A stretch of DNA of 64,000 bases from a virus (lineage: Duplodnaviria > Caudoviricetes): positions 96,001 through 160,000 of IMG/VR virus record IMGVR_UViG_3300037466_003648; one strand, given 5' to 3'. Below, piece after piece: positions 8,241-17,482 of the stretch; position 1 is the stretch's first letter; each line of letters begins with the position of its first letter. The notes under the pieces were generated by a model. That model searched no databases, was not told the origin of the DNA, and worked only from the letters and a program-made list of their open reading frames with translations. The position numbers and the translations under genes were made by a program.

Positions 8241-10069
8241 GCAAGTTGGTTCTCACCGGTCCTGACGACCTGACTGCTCAGGGCTTCACCATCGTTGACG
8301 AGCCGACGCTGCTCGACACCGCGCTGTTCGACGAGCAGCACAAGCTGGTGACCCAGTGGGCAGGCGCGTTGCCGCGTCTCGACGGCAAGGCAGCACGTCC
8401 GTACCAGATCCGCTACGCGGCGATGGTCGCGTGCCGAACCCGTAACCTGCTCGCCCACGAGCAGGGCTTGGGCAAGACCTACGAGACGATCCTGGCAATC
8501 CTGGCACGCTACGGTCCTGCCCTGTTGGGTGGTCAGCGCAAGCTGCGTCGTGGGGCCATTCAGCTGGTCGTTCCGCGTCACACGATGGAGCTGGCGTGGC
8601 TCGCAGAGTTCAAGATGCTCCAGCTGGACGAGCACGTCGAGTTGATCCTGTCGGAGCGCGACGTGCGCATGAGCACCAAGCCCATCTGGTTGATCGACTA
8701 CGACTTCCTCAAGCGCCAAACGGACGCGGGCAGGAAGATGCGGCGCGCCGGTCGGCAACGCGTCCAGGTCAACCGCAAGAAGGAGGTCGAGCCCTTCTTC
8801 GTCGGCAAGCCGATGTGGAAGCTCATCCGCCAGACGGCTCGCCCGCACTTCGTTGCCTTCGATGAGATCCACATGCTGCGGTCGGACTCCGATCGCACCG
8901 AGGCAGTGGAGCAGTACGTCCGGGGTGTGAAGAACCGGTTGGGTCTGACCGGTACCCCGGTGGACGGTTGGATCGAGCACCTGGCGACCATCCTCCGCAT
9001 CATCTACGGTGAGAACAACGCCACGTTCCCCTGGACAGAGAAGACGTTCACCAAGCGTTTCACCCGCGAGCGGGTCATCGACCAGGACTACGTGACGGGC
9101 GAGGTGGGTGGTGCGACGCCGCGCAAGGTCAAGGCGCCGGGCATCAACCCCGACCAGATCCCCGAGTTCTACCGGGCGACCCGCCACCTGTTGCACCGCC
9201 TGATCATCCGCGACCCCGAGGTTGCCGGGCAGGTCACGTTCCCGAAGGTGAACTACCACCTGGAGGTGGTCGACCTCGACCCCGACCATCAAGAGTTCTA
9301 CATGGCGGCGCACGAAGCCATGATCGAAGCCATGACGCGCGAGCTGCAGAAGATCGAAGCCAACCAGACGAACTACGAGCGTCTCAAGGCCAACGTCTTG
9401 CAGCACATTACCCTGCTGCGCGAAGCGGCTTCGACGCCCTGGACGTTGAACAAGATGGGCATCACGCCCTTCCCGCACCGGATGACCAACAAGGTCATCA
9501 AAGCCATCGCGTTGGCGCACGAGGCGGCCGACCAGGGACGCAAGTCGATCATCTTCACGAACCAGATTCCGACGGGCTCCGTGCTGATGAAGCACGCCAA
9601 GGAAACCGGCTTGAAGGCGGTACGGGTGTTCGCGTCGGACCCCTTGGAGAAGCCCAACACGCTCGACCAGATCGCACGCAACCATCGCATCGAGCAGTTC
9701 CTGGTGGATCCCGATGTCAACCTGTTGGTCGGCAACCTGGGGTTGTTGGCGACCGGGTTGAGCCTCCAGACCGCCGCGTCGGTGGTCATCCACCACGACC
9801 ATGACTGGAAAGCCAACAAGTACCGGCAAGGCAACAGCCGCGTCATCCGCCCCAGCTACTGCTGGCCGGATGGTGTGGACGTCTACGACCTGGCGGGCGC
9901 GGGCACCGTCGACAACTACGTGCTGGCCGCCATGCTGCGCAAGGCCAAGGCCAACGACGAGATGATCGACCGCCGCTTCAGCTTGGAGATCCAGCTGACC
10001 CCCGAGGACGAGGTAGACGCCGTGGCCGTTGCACGCGCCCTGATCGCTGGAGACTCCGGTTTGTTGTAG
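8237..10069 (+). CDS. SNF2-family helicase/ATPase
   Basis: LLAHEQGLGKT (Walker A), FDEIH (Walker B), LGLTGTP, TGLSLQTA, QGNSRVIR. Confidence 0.85.
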   Translation: MSKLVLTGPDDLTAQGFTIVDEPTLLDTALFDEQHKLVTQWAGALPRLDGKAARPYQIRYAAMVACRTRNLLAHEQGLGKTYETILAILARYGPALLGGQRKLRRGAIQLVVPRHTMELAWLAEFKMLQLDEHVELILSERDVRMSTKPIWLIDYDFLKRQTDAGRKMRRAGRQRVQVNRKKEVEPFFVGKPMWKLIRQTARPHFVAFDEIHMLRSDSDRTEAVEQYVRGVKNRLGLTGTPVDGWIEHLATILRIIYGENNATFPWTEKTFTKRFTRERVIDQDYVTGEVGGATPRKVKAPGINPDQIPEFYRATRHLLHRLIIRDPEVAGQVTFPKVNYHLEVVDLDPDHQEFYMAAHEAMIEAMTRELQKIEANQTNYERLKANVLQHITLLREAASTPWTLNKMGITPFPHRMTNKVIKAIALAHEAADQGRKSIIFTNQIPTGSVLMKHAKETGLKAVRVFASDPLEKPNTLDQIARNHRIEQFLVDPDVNLLVGNLGLLATGLSLQTAASVVIHHDHDWKANKYRQGNSRVIRPSYCWPDGVDVYDLAGAGTVDNYVLAAMLRKAKANDEMIDRRFSLEIQLTPEDEVDAVAVARALIAGDSGLL

Positions 10070-10077
10070 GAGGTAAC

Positions 10078-10263
10078 GTGAAACAGGCAATCGCGATCGT
10101 CGACCGCATGGTCGAGGGTTACATCAAGAAGAACCAGGAAACACAGACCTACACGGATGCGCACGACAATGCGCTCCGCCAGGTGTTGTACGACCTGATG
10201 GACCGGGTGATGACGCTCGAAGCCTCGCTGGCTCCCGCGCTCTCGCCCACGATCAAGCACTAG
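10078..10263 (+). CDS. small hypothetical protein
   Basis: AGGAGG RBS and GTG start. Confidence 0.55.
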   Translation: MKQAIAIVDRMVEGYIKKNQETQTYTDAHDNALRQVLYDLMDRVMTLEASLAPALSPTIKH

Positions 10264-10271
10264 GAGCTACC

Positions 10272-10568
10272 ATGACCAAGCGCATCGAACTCTCCTGCCA
10301 ACCCGCCGCCTGTGTGCCAGGCAATCTCGTCTCGACCTTGATGGTCGTCGAGACCTTGGAGCACGGGTCGAAGGTCTGGCCGCAGAACCAGCGACCAGCA
10401 ACGGTGCAGGATCTCGAAGCGCTGGGTTACCTGGCTCCCGAAGCGGTCGAGAAGCTGCGCGCGGCAGGTGCGGCTCTGCTACGATGGATCTACGAGGGTG
10501 GTCTCGCCTACGACAACCCCGAGATCGAAGCTGCCCTCAAGGCATTTGCCGATAAACAGAAGGAGTAA
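10272..10568 (+). CDS. hypothetical protein
   Basis: AGGAG RBS; 98 aa. Confidence 0.55.
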   Translation: MTKRIELSCQPAACVPGNLVSTLMVVETLEHGSKVWPQNQRPATVQDLEALGYLAPEAVEKLRAAGAALLRWIYEGGLAYDNPEIEAALKAFADKQKE

Positions 10569-10571
10569 CCC

Positions 10572-10997
10572 GTGGACAAGATCACCGCCCCGTTCACCGA
10601 TGAGCAGGTGCGTGCGCTCAACGAGTACCAACACAGCGGCCTCTTCCACGAGTACACCTGTGGCAACGACAGCCGCCACCGCGTGTTGGTTGCGTCCACC
10701 GAGGGTTGGTCCTGCCCCGACTGCACCTACACGCAGAACTGGGCGCACGCCTCCATGGCCGTGCCGTTGACATCGGAGCAGAAGCGCCAGGCGCTCGCCA
10801 TGGGTGGACAGGTTTCCGTGCCGGACTTGGCAATCCGATACAACGACAACGGCACCCGCGACCTCGTCTCCGAAGAGTTGGGGTTGGAACTCAAGAACTT
10901 CAAAGTAGATTCGTTCAGTTTCGGTGCAACCACTGGTCGCCATGTTGTCGCCGAGTCCTGGCAAGGTGTCGCCCAACCCGATAAGGAGAACCCATGA
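10572..10997 (+). CDS. hypothetical protein with Zn-ribbon-like motif
   Basis: YTCG...WSCPDC motif; AAGGAG RBS. Confidence 0.6.
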   Translation: MDKITAPFTDEQVRALNEYQHSGLFHEYTCGNDSRHRVLVASTEGWSCPDCTYTQNWAHASMAVPLTSEQKRQALAMGGQVSVPDLAIRYNDNGTRDLVSEELGLELKNFKVDSFSFGATTGRHVVAESWQGVAQPDKENP

Positions 10998-11125
10998 TCC
11001 GCTTGATCGCATCCGTCATCGTACCCGCTACGATCGCAGCCTACCTGGTACCTCAACAACCAGGATCGTTGATCCTTTCTATCACGGGTACGGTCGTCAT
11101 GCTCGCCCTCTGGCCCAGCAAGTAG
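10994..11125 (+). CDS. small hydrophobic membrane peptide (43 aa, absent from the ORF track)
   Basis: AAGGAGAACCC-ATG; MIRLIASVIVPATIAAYLVPQQPGSLILSITGTVVMLALWPSK; fills the gap exactly. Confidence 0.6.
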   Translation: MIRLIASVIVPATIAAYLVPQQPGSLILSITGTVVMLALWPSK

Positions 11126-11136
11126 AAGGAGAACCC

Positions 11137-12393
11137 GTGACAACTCCTCCCATCCTGGGCGACGTGCCCACCATCTCGAAGTCCGACAAGGGCGAGCTGG
11201 CCGCCAAGACCACCACCCTCGCACTGGAGAACCGCCCCAAGAAGTGGTCCCAGTTGGTCGGCCAACCCATTCCGGTGACGGTGCTCACGAACTCGATCAA
11301 GCTGGGTGACATCAAGCCCGGCTACGTGTTCGACGGCATCACCGGCTGTGGCAAGTCGTCGGCTGCGTACCTGGTCGCCAAGCGCCTCAACTGCGATAAC
11401 CCGGACCTGGTAGCCCAGGATCCCTGTGGTGACTGCCGGTCGTGTCGTACCATCGACAAGGGCACCAGCCCCGATGTCAAGTTCGTCGATGGTGCCAGCG
11501 ATCGCAGCGTGGCCTTCGTGCGCGAAACGCTGAAGCCGTTCCTCTCGACCGCGCCGATGGGCAAGTACCGCGTCGCCATCATCGACGAGGCGCACCTGTA
11601 TGGCAAGGATGCGATCAGCGCCTTCCTCACCCTGCTGGAAAACATGCCGCGCTTCACCGGCAAGTCCGTGGTCATCCTGACCACCACGGAGAGCGAGAAG
11701 ATGGACCCGGCGGTGATGAACCGCTGCATGAACTTGCACTTCGCCTCCATCCCCAACGACATGTTGGCGGAGCAGATGGCCGCGTACACCGGCGAGGACG
11801 TCGCTGCATTGCGCATCCTGGCCGAGGAAGCAGGCAACTCCTTCCGTTCGATGTGGTCCTACATCGAGGTCTGGCAGCACCTGGGCGAGCCGCTGACCGA
11901 AGCCGTGGTCATGAAGCTGATCGGGGGCGTAAGCCTGGCCGAGCGGCACCGCTTGTGGGGCGACCTCACCAGCGGCAAGGTGGACAAGATCGGCGAGCGC
12001 TGGCGCGGTTGGCTCCAGGGTGGTGCGCGTGCGAGTGTCGTGGGCGCGCTGCTCCTGCGGGACCTGATTGGCGTTGCCGCGAAGTGTCCCGACCGCACGA
12101 CGTGGCACGATCCCATGCGCCTCCTGGCGGGTGCGCAGCAGCAAGGCTCAGATTCCGCCTGGCTGCCAGCGCTATACCTGATGGTGGGGCTGCCACTGGA
12201 CGTCCAAGTAAGCCACCGGCAGGAGCCAGCAGAAGGGCAGCCCCATCTTTCGCAACCCACCGTGCGCCACCCCGCCGGGCGGTTGTCCCCACCCGAAGGT
12301 ACACCAGCAGTGGCTGGGGTGGGACTCACCAGAACGAACAACACCGTTGAGATTGCTCCAGTTCACGACCGCCTGTTGTTCTTTGGTGCGTAA
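11137..12393 (+). CDS. dnaX: DNA polymerase III gamma/tau-like clamp loader ATPase
   Basis: RPKKWSQLVGQ, GITGCGKSS, PCGDCRSC, IIDEAH, NRC; start reassigned to GTG 11137 after AAGGAG. Confidence 0.88.
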   Translation: MTTPPILGDVPTISKSDKGELAAKTTTLALENRPKKWSQLVGQPIPVTVLTNSIKLGDIKPGYVFDGITGCGKSSAAYLVAKRLNCDNPDLVAQDPCGDCRSCRTIDKGTSPDVKFVDGASDRSVAFVRETLKPFLSTAPMGKYRVAIIDEAHLYGKDAISAFLTLLENMPRFTGKSVVILTTTESEKMDPAVMNRCMNLHFASIPNDMLAEQMAAYTGEDVAALRILAEEAGNSFRSMWSYIEVWQHLGEPLTEAVVMKLIGGVSLAERHRLWGDLTSGKVDKIGERWRGWLQGGARASVVGALLLRDLIGVAAKCPDRTTWHDPMRLLAGAQQQGSDSAWLPALYLMVGLPLDVQVSHRQEPAEGQPHLSQPTVRHPAGRLSPPEGTPAVAGVGLTRTNNTVEIAPVHDRLLFFGA

Positions 12394-12397
12394 GGGG

Positions 12398-12426
12398 TTG
12401 ACTTCGTACCTCGTATCGTGGAGAAT
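12398..12426 (+). promoter_or_regulatory. sigma70-like promoter inside an inverted repeat, upstream of the Hfq-like gene
   Basis: TTGACT-17 nt-GAGAAT; the spacer (12405-12415) is the reverse complement of 12448-12458. Confidence 0.55.
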
Positions 12427-12461
12427 GGGATCGCTCCCATCCTGAAGTACGAGGTACGTTC

Positions 12462-12719
12462 GTGGCAAGCCTTCAGACCCTGCTCACCGCCTGGATGACC
12501 AACGCCCAGGTGGTCACCCTCACCCTCCAGAACGGCCAGGCCGTGTCGGGCGTCGTGACGGACGACGGGGCTGCGGGTGACACGATCACCATCAAGCAGG
12601 GCAACGCGCGCACCAACGTCCCGAAGTCCGCGATCTGCACGCTGCCCGATCCCAGTGACATCACCCCGGCCGTCGGCACGCCGGGCCAGGGCACCAACAG
12701 CATTCGTCTCTTGCCCTAG
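12462..12719 (+). CDS. Hfq/Sm-like protein
   Basis: SLQ..L.A...V.L.L.NG...G.V...I.IK...V.K.AI.T aligns by eye with the Hfq Sm1/Sm2 motifs. Confidence 0.65.
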   Translation: MASLQTLLTAWMTNAQVVTLTLQNGQAVSGVVTDDGAAGDTITIKQGNARTNVPKSAICTLPDPSDITPAVGTPGQGTNSIRLLP

Positions 12720-12728
12720 TTCGCGGCG

Positions 12729-13085
12729 ATGGCTACCTACCGTCGCCGCAAGAAGCGTGAGGCTGACAGTCTCCCGCTTCCCTGGGGTCGCGATCCACTC
12801 AAGGGTCTGCTGGGAGACACACCGCGTGTCGAAGCTGTGGTGCCTACGCGTAAGCGCACGCGCTACTACTCGCCGCTCAAGGAGCGTGGTTGGTGTCCGC
12901 GGTGCGGTGCTCAGCGTTGGTCGGTGATCCTCGATGACACCCGTTACCGAGACATGTTCCTCGCGTGCGGGCAGTGCCACGAAACCTTCAGGATGGACAT
13001 GACGCCCCTCGACTTCCAGTACGCCTGGCGTGACGGCATCCCGATGCCCAAGGAAGTCAAGCTCAAGTACCATCGGAGGCACTAG
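12729..13085 (+). CDS. basic Zn-ribbon protein
   Basis: CPRCG...CGQC; Arg/Lys-rich termini. Confidence 0.6.
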   Translation: MATYRRRKKREADSLPLPWGRDPLKGLLGDTPRVEAVVPTRKRTRYYSPLKERGWCPRCGAQRWSVILDDTRYRDMFLACGQCHETFRMDMTPLDFQYAWRDGIPMPKEVKLKYHRRH

Positions 13086-13763
13086 GTGAAGTCGAACGCG
13101 TACGGCGATCCGTTTCCCAACGAGCAAATGACCATCGGTCTGATCGGCTCGCACTGCACGGGCAAGACCACGGCCGGGCAGTTGCTGTCCGCTTGGACGG
13201 GCTTCCCGCTGCTGGCCGAAGGAGTGCGCGACATCGTGCACCTGATGGGCTACCAGCAGATTGCCGACGTCCCCGACCAGGCACTCATGCAGTGGAACAT
13301 CATGCGCCACCAGATCAACCAGGAAGAGTCCATCGTGCGGCTCCAGGAAGTGCAGGGTGCACCGACGATTGCTTACATCACCGACCGTACGACGCTGGAC
13401 AACGCGGCGTACTTCCAGATGTACCAGTTCGGCAAGATCTCCCAGGCGGAGTTCGACGCCTACACGGGCAAGGCGTTCGACCACGCCCAGTTGGCCTACT
13501 CGCACTTCATTTACTTCCCCATCCTGTGGGACGAGATCGAAGACGACGGCTTCCGTGACACCGCACCCGGTCCGCGCCGCGAGATCGATGATATGATCCG
13601 TGGGCAGTTGACCGCGCTGAACCTTTGGGACCGCACTTTCACGGTCGGCGCGGGCTCGACCGCCCAGCGCTGCACCGCGATCATGGAGCACCTGAACCTC
13701 TGGCCGCGTATGCGCGAGCTGGCGCACACCCTCAAGCCTCACCGGGAGATCCCCACGTCATGA
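13086..13763 (+). CDS. P-loop nucleotide kinase, AAA_28/NadR-like (copy 2)
   Basis: GSHCTGKTT, DRTTLDNAAY, EDDGFR; clearly related to 2061-2696. Confidence 0.75.
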   Translation: MKSNAYGDPFPNEQMTIGLIGSHCTGKTTAGQLLSAWTGFPLLAEGVRDIVHLMGYQQIADVPDQALMQWNIMRHQINQEESIVRLQEVQGAPTIAYITDRTTLDNAAYFQMYQFGKISQAEFDAYTGKAFDHAQLAYSHFIYFPILWDEIEDDGFRDTAPGPRREIDDMIRGQLTALNLWDRTFTVGAGSTAQRCTAIMEHLNLWPRMRELAHTLKPHREIPTS

Positions 13764-14515
13764 TGAACCAGAACAACGACCAGCCCACGACGGAGACGGT
13801 CCGCCTCAACCAGCCCCTGGACCCCGGTGCTCCTGCCGAACCGGGGGACGACATGTTGGCCGACCTGCCCACCGCGGCGGAAGTGGGGCAGACAGGTCCC
13901 GTGCGCAACCCCAATGCGCCGCCCAGGAGCGACGAGATGACCGCGGGCTTGCCCCGTACCATCAATCCACAAGGCAACGGCCCGACCGTCGTGCCCGCCT
14001 ACGACATCGCGCCCAATGCGCCGGAGGTGGTGATCGGCTTCGGTCCCCCGGTCGCGCCCGAGCTGGCCGACATCGATCCGCCCCTCGTCGCGCCCGTGAC
14101 GAACGTGGGCGGCAAGTCCGACATGTTGCGCTCCGATGCGCTGGGTCCCATGAGCATGCAGAAGCAGTCGGAGAAGGAGCGCATGGCGCTCTTCCTGAAC
14201 GACCTGGTCGACGACCTCAAGCGTCTGGCCCACGGTCCCGTCAACCCGGTCAAGCGCATCATGGGTCGCCAGACCTTGGGCGCCGACCTGCTGCGCTTGT
14301 ACCAGGACCACGAGTACACCATCGATCACTGCATGACGATGGTGGAGATCGAGTCTGTCGGCCACCACACCACCCAGATCTCGCTCACGCTGCCCGCCAG
14401 CAAGATGACCAGCCGCATTCAGATGAAGCTGATCGCCTTGGGCTACAAGACGACGAAGACCGAGAACGGTCTGGTTCTGCGCTCTCCCGTGGAGGCCGCT
14501 GGTGCCGATTCGTAA
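13760..14515 (+). CDS. hypothetical protein with Pro-rich N-terminus
   Basis: ATGA-type overlap with the upstream gene; start reassigned to 13760. Confidence 0.6.
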   Translation: MMNQNNDQPTTETVRLNQPLDPGAPAEPGDDMLADLPTAAEVGQTGPVRNPNAPPRSDEMTAGLPRTINPQGNGPTVVPAYDIAPNAPEVVIGFGPPVAPELADIDPPLVAPVTNVGGKSDMLRSDALGPMSMQKQSEKERMALFLNDLVDDLKRLAHGPVNPVKRIMGRQTLGADLLRLYQDHEYTIDHCMTMVEIESVGHHTTQISLTLPASKMTSRIQMKLIALGYKTTKTENGLVLRSPVEAAGADS

Positions 14516-15257
14516 CGACCTCAACCTCGAAGGCGAGGGCTGGCGGAAGTACAAAGGCATCATCCACACCGGTACGCTGCGTCTCATCAACAAGCGCGGT
14601 ACGGGTGGTAGCGCGAACTACCCCGGCAACTTCAGCCCGGAGATTCCGCGCAACGAGATGTTGCGCTACTCCAAGACGGGTGACCTGATCGCAGACCTGT
14701 TCGCGGGTTCCGAGACGACCTTCCACGTCTGTCGCGAGCTGGGCCGCATCTACTGCGGCTGCGACTTGCGCCCGCACAGCGATGCCACCGATCTGGGTGA
14801 CGCTCGCACCTGGGACCCCGGCTGCGAAGTCCAGATGGTCTTCCTGCATCCACCCTACGCGGACATCATCGACTACAACGAGAAGCTGGGCGCGCAGCCT
14901 GGTGACCTCTCGCTCCCGTGGCAGCAGTTCCTGGTGGAGTTCGAAGCGGTTGCCGTCAACGCCGCCCGCATGCTTGCCCCCGGCGGCTTTGCGGTACTCG
15001 TCATCGGTGACCTGTACACCAACAGCGAACATGTGATGCTGGCCTTCTACACCGCCGAGTTGCTGCGCAAGGCGGGTCTCCGGCTTAAGCATGACACCAT
15101 CAAGAACTTCGGCGACGAGGTAGCGAACAAGAACAAGAACGAGAACTTGTGGTACCTTCGGTCTCTCAAAGGCGGCTTCGGCGTCCTGGAGCACGAGCAT
15201 ATCTTCGTGTTCGAGAAGCCCGCAGTATCCAAGAGAAAAGCGAAGCAGCCGTCTTGA
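14502..15257 (+). CDS. N6-adenine/N4-cytosine DNA methyltransferase
   Basis: DLFAGSET (motif I) and FLHPPY (motif IV); ends with HEHIFVFEK. Confidence 0.82.
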   Translation: MPIRNDLNLEGEGWRKYKGIIHTGTLRLINKRGTGGSANYPGNFSPEIPRNEMLRYSKTGDLIADLFAGSETTFHVCRELGRIYCGCDLRPHSDATDLGDARTWDPGCEVQMVFLHPPYADIIDYNEKLGAQPGDLSLPWQQFLVEFEAVAVNAARMLAPGGFAVLVIGDLYTNSEHVMLAFYTAELLRKAGLRLKHDTIKNFGDEVANKNKNENLWYLRSLKGGFGVLEHEHIFVFEKPAVSKRKAKQPS

Positions 15258-15280
15258 CCGGATGATCCGGTTGGGTTGGT
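15257..15280 (+). terminator. possible weak terminator hairpin
   Basis: ACCGGA-TGA-TCCGGT followed by a T/G-rich run. Confidence 0.3.
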
Positions 15281-15304
15281 TGCTCTAGGTTGAAGGAGAT
15301 CCCC

Positions 15305-15505
15305 ATGGACATCAACAGTACCATTCGTCCCATCAACACGATCGTGCACCGGACGGGCAGCCACATCACCGCCTCCGACGTCAGCTCGTGGGAGCGCGCG
15401 GGCGGCCGTCACGGTATCTGCGCGCATTGCAAGGGCTGGCGGCGCTTGGGGCTCGACACCTGCTACATCAAGGAGGGTGTCGAGCTGAAGGTCTGCTACG
15501 CATGA
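15305..15505 (+). CDS. small hypothetical protein (CxxC)
   Basis: AAGGAG RBS before ATG 15305; CAHC motif. Confidence 0.55.
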   Translation: MDINSTIRPINTIVHRTGSHITASDVSSWERAGGRHGICAHCKGWRRLGLDTCYIKEGVELKVCYA

Positions 15506-16287
15506 CCCAGATCCTTTTCGGTGAGCGTGAGCTGCTGGTGCGAGCCATCGGCGACGCGCAGCTGATCGTCGCCCCCGACGAGGGAATGGTCAAGGGTCAG
15601 GAGCTGCGGCTTCGGTGGGCGCAACGGTCGCTCAAGCCGAAGCCGCTTGCCATCATGGACCCGCCCGAGCCGTTGAAAGGGTTCAACCCCATCGACGGCT
15701 ACTTCTTGCTCTTCACCAAGGACAAACTCCCCGCTGCGTGGGGCCGCTGGGCGCAGGCGAACAAGATCACGCCGGTCGCCAAGCTCTTCCCCAGCGAGGA
15801 CCAGATGCGCGGCTACCTGGCATCGGGCAAGGCCCCGGTCAAGTTCACGCCGGACGCGGCCGAGTGGTACACGCGGGTCGTGGGCACCTCGCCCATGCGC
15901 TTGGACAGCGAGCTGCGCAAGATCCTCTTGTTGGGTCGCCAGCACGTCGATCTGAACGAGTTGCTGGACCTGATCGGCACCCAGGAAGAGATGAAGGCCG
16001 AGCACATCCTCAAGGCGTTGGGTACCCGACGAGCGCTGGATCTAGCGCGCGAGGTTCCTGACAAGCGGTCGATCCCGCTCATGGCCTACCTCGACAAGGC
16101 GCTGGAGAACCGGAAGAATGGGTGGTCGTTGCTCTTGAAGGCCATCCGCATCGGTGCAGACCGCAAGCGGTACAGCTACTGGACGGGCGTCCAGCTGTTC
16201 GTACATGCTTGTTACCGTATCGAACATGGGAGCAATCAAGTTTCTGTCGCACTGGAGCTACTAGAGGCGGCAAATGTGGTAAAATGA
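15502..16287 (+). CDS. DNA polymerase III delta (HolA)-like clamp loader subunit
   Basis: AAEWYTRVVGTSPMRLDSELRKILLL...VDLNEL resembles the HolA collar region; same module as the dnaX-like gene; start reassigned to ATG 15502. Confidence 0.55.
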   Translation: MTQILFGERELLVRAIGDAQLIVAPDEGMVKGQELRLRWAQRSLKPKPLAIMDPPEPLKGFNPIDGYFLLFTKDKLPAAWGRWAQANKITPVAKLFPSEDQMRGYLASGKAPVKFTPDAAEWYTRVVGTSPMRLDSELRKILLLGRQHVDLNELLDLIGTQEEMKAEHILKALGTRRALDLAREVPDKRSIPLMAYLDKALENRKNGWSLLLKAIRIGADRKRYSYWTGVQLFVHACYRIEHGSNQVSVALELLEAANVVK

Positions 16288-16291
16288 ATCT

Positions 16292-16861
16292 GTGTCTGGA
16301 GGTTACGTGATCGATCCCATCCACCTGATTAGCTTCGACGTGGACGCCGAGATCCCAACGGTGACCTTCAAGGCGGACTACCGACCCACGACGGGTCCGC
16401 TGCCGGAGTTGTCCTACCCCCTCGTGGGTCTTTGGGTATACAACGGTTTGGTGGTCCGCGCGCTGTTCGAGGCGCCGACCGTTCCCACCCACGAGCGCGA
16501 GCCCATCCTGCACCGCTACGAGGGACCCACGATCGTCCACCAAGGCCAGGCGCGCTATCGCTACTTCACCGTCCCCGGCTACGCTGGGATGGTTCTCACC
16601 CCGAAGGGCTTCGCCGCGGCAGGCGTCCCGGTTCACCACATGTGGGCGTCGTTGTCGGAAGCCACCAACAGCCTTGCCTACCAGGAATGGGCGAACAACC
16701 ACGATACCCACATCGGTGGTCTCGCCCCATCCATCGTCCGTCTGAACGACTTGCTTGGCGGACTTCCCCCCATCCACCTGTGTGTCCCCATCCTCCCCGA
16801 AGAAAGGCTTGATCCCCTTGAGCACCGAGACCCAGACCCGCAACCCTTGGACCGCGCTTGA
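16292..16861 (+). CDS. hypothetical protein
   Basis: 189-aa ORF; start uncertain (GTG 16292 or 16307). Confidence 0.55.
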   Translation: MSGGYVIDPIHLISFDVDAEIPTVTFKADYRPTTGPLPELSYPLVGLWVYNGLVVRALFEAPTVPTHEREPILHRYEGPTIVHQGQARYRYFTVPGYAGMVLTPKGFAAAGVPVHHMWASLSEATNSLAYQEWANNHDTHIGGLAPSIVRLNDLLGGLPPIHLCVPILPEERLDPLEHRDPDPQPLDRA

Positions 16862-17468
16862 ACACACGCAGCAGCGCGTGAAGAGCGTGCTGCACGCCTT
16901 GAACGTCACCACCCGTCGAGGCAACACCACGACCCTGGTGCGCGGTATCCGCGCGCAGGAGAACGACATGGCCCTCGTGGTCGGCTCCCACGAGCTTGGT
17001 GAGTCGTTCTTGAAGAGCGAGAACTACCGCGTGCCCACCGTCTGCGTCGAGCACTTGCAGTACGCGCTGCAAGGCACGCAGCGCGGGCTCGTGTTCGACA
17101 ACAGCGCCGTGACTTCGATCCTGTCCGAAGTCGACCGCTCCATCACGGACGCCCTGGCCGCCGCGGCGCCTCGCAGCGTCGACAGCGTGGGTGCCGAATT
17201 GGATGCCCTCAAGCAGCAGCTCGGCGAGACCCAGCGTACGCTGGAGACGGCGCAGCGGGGCAACGTCCGCCTCAAGAACGCGTTGGTCAGCGCTAACGCC
17301 ATCATCAAGTCCATGATGATGGCCGGTGACCAGGTCTTCGGCGCCCAGAAGGACGAGATCGAGAAGCAAGCCCACACCATCCATCTGCTGGACGAGCAGG
17401 TGCAAGTGCTGACCCGTGCCCTGGGCGACTCCCAGGACCGCATCGCCGAGCTGACCGCTCGGAACTAA
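16818..17468 (+). CDS. coiled-coil hypothetical protein
   Basis: Heptad-like C-terminal half; TTG start after GAAAGG is inferred and uncertain. Confidence 0.55.
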   Translation: MSTETQTRNPWTALEHTQQRVKSVLHALNVTTRRGNTTTLVRGIRAQENDMALVVGSHELGESFLKSENYRVPTVCVEHLQYALQGTQRGLVFDNSAVTSILSEVDRSITDALAAAAPRSVDSVGAELDALKQQLGETQRTLETAQRGNVRLKNALVSANAIIKSMMMAGDQVFGAQKDEIEKQAHTIHLLDEQVQVLTRALGDSQDRIAELTARN

Positions 17469-17482
17469 GGAGAACACACCTC

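Noticed and set aside
2705-10069. DISARM- or BREX-like defence system (MTase, SNF2 helicase, PLD elsewhere)
   Set aside because: The genes are not contiguous, no DUF1998 or PglZ partner is seen, and the PLD domain is part of a virion protein.
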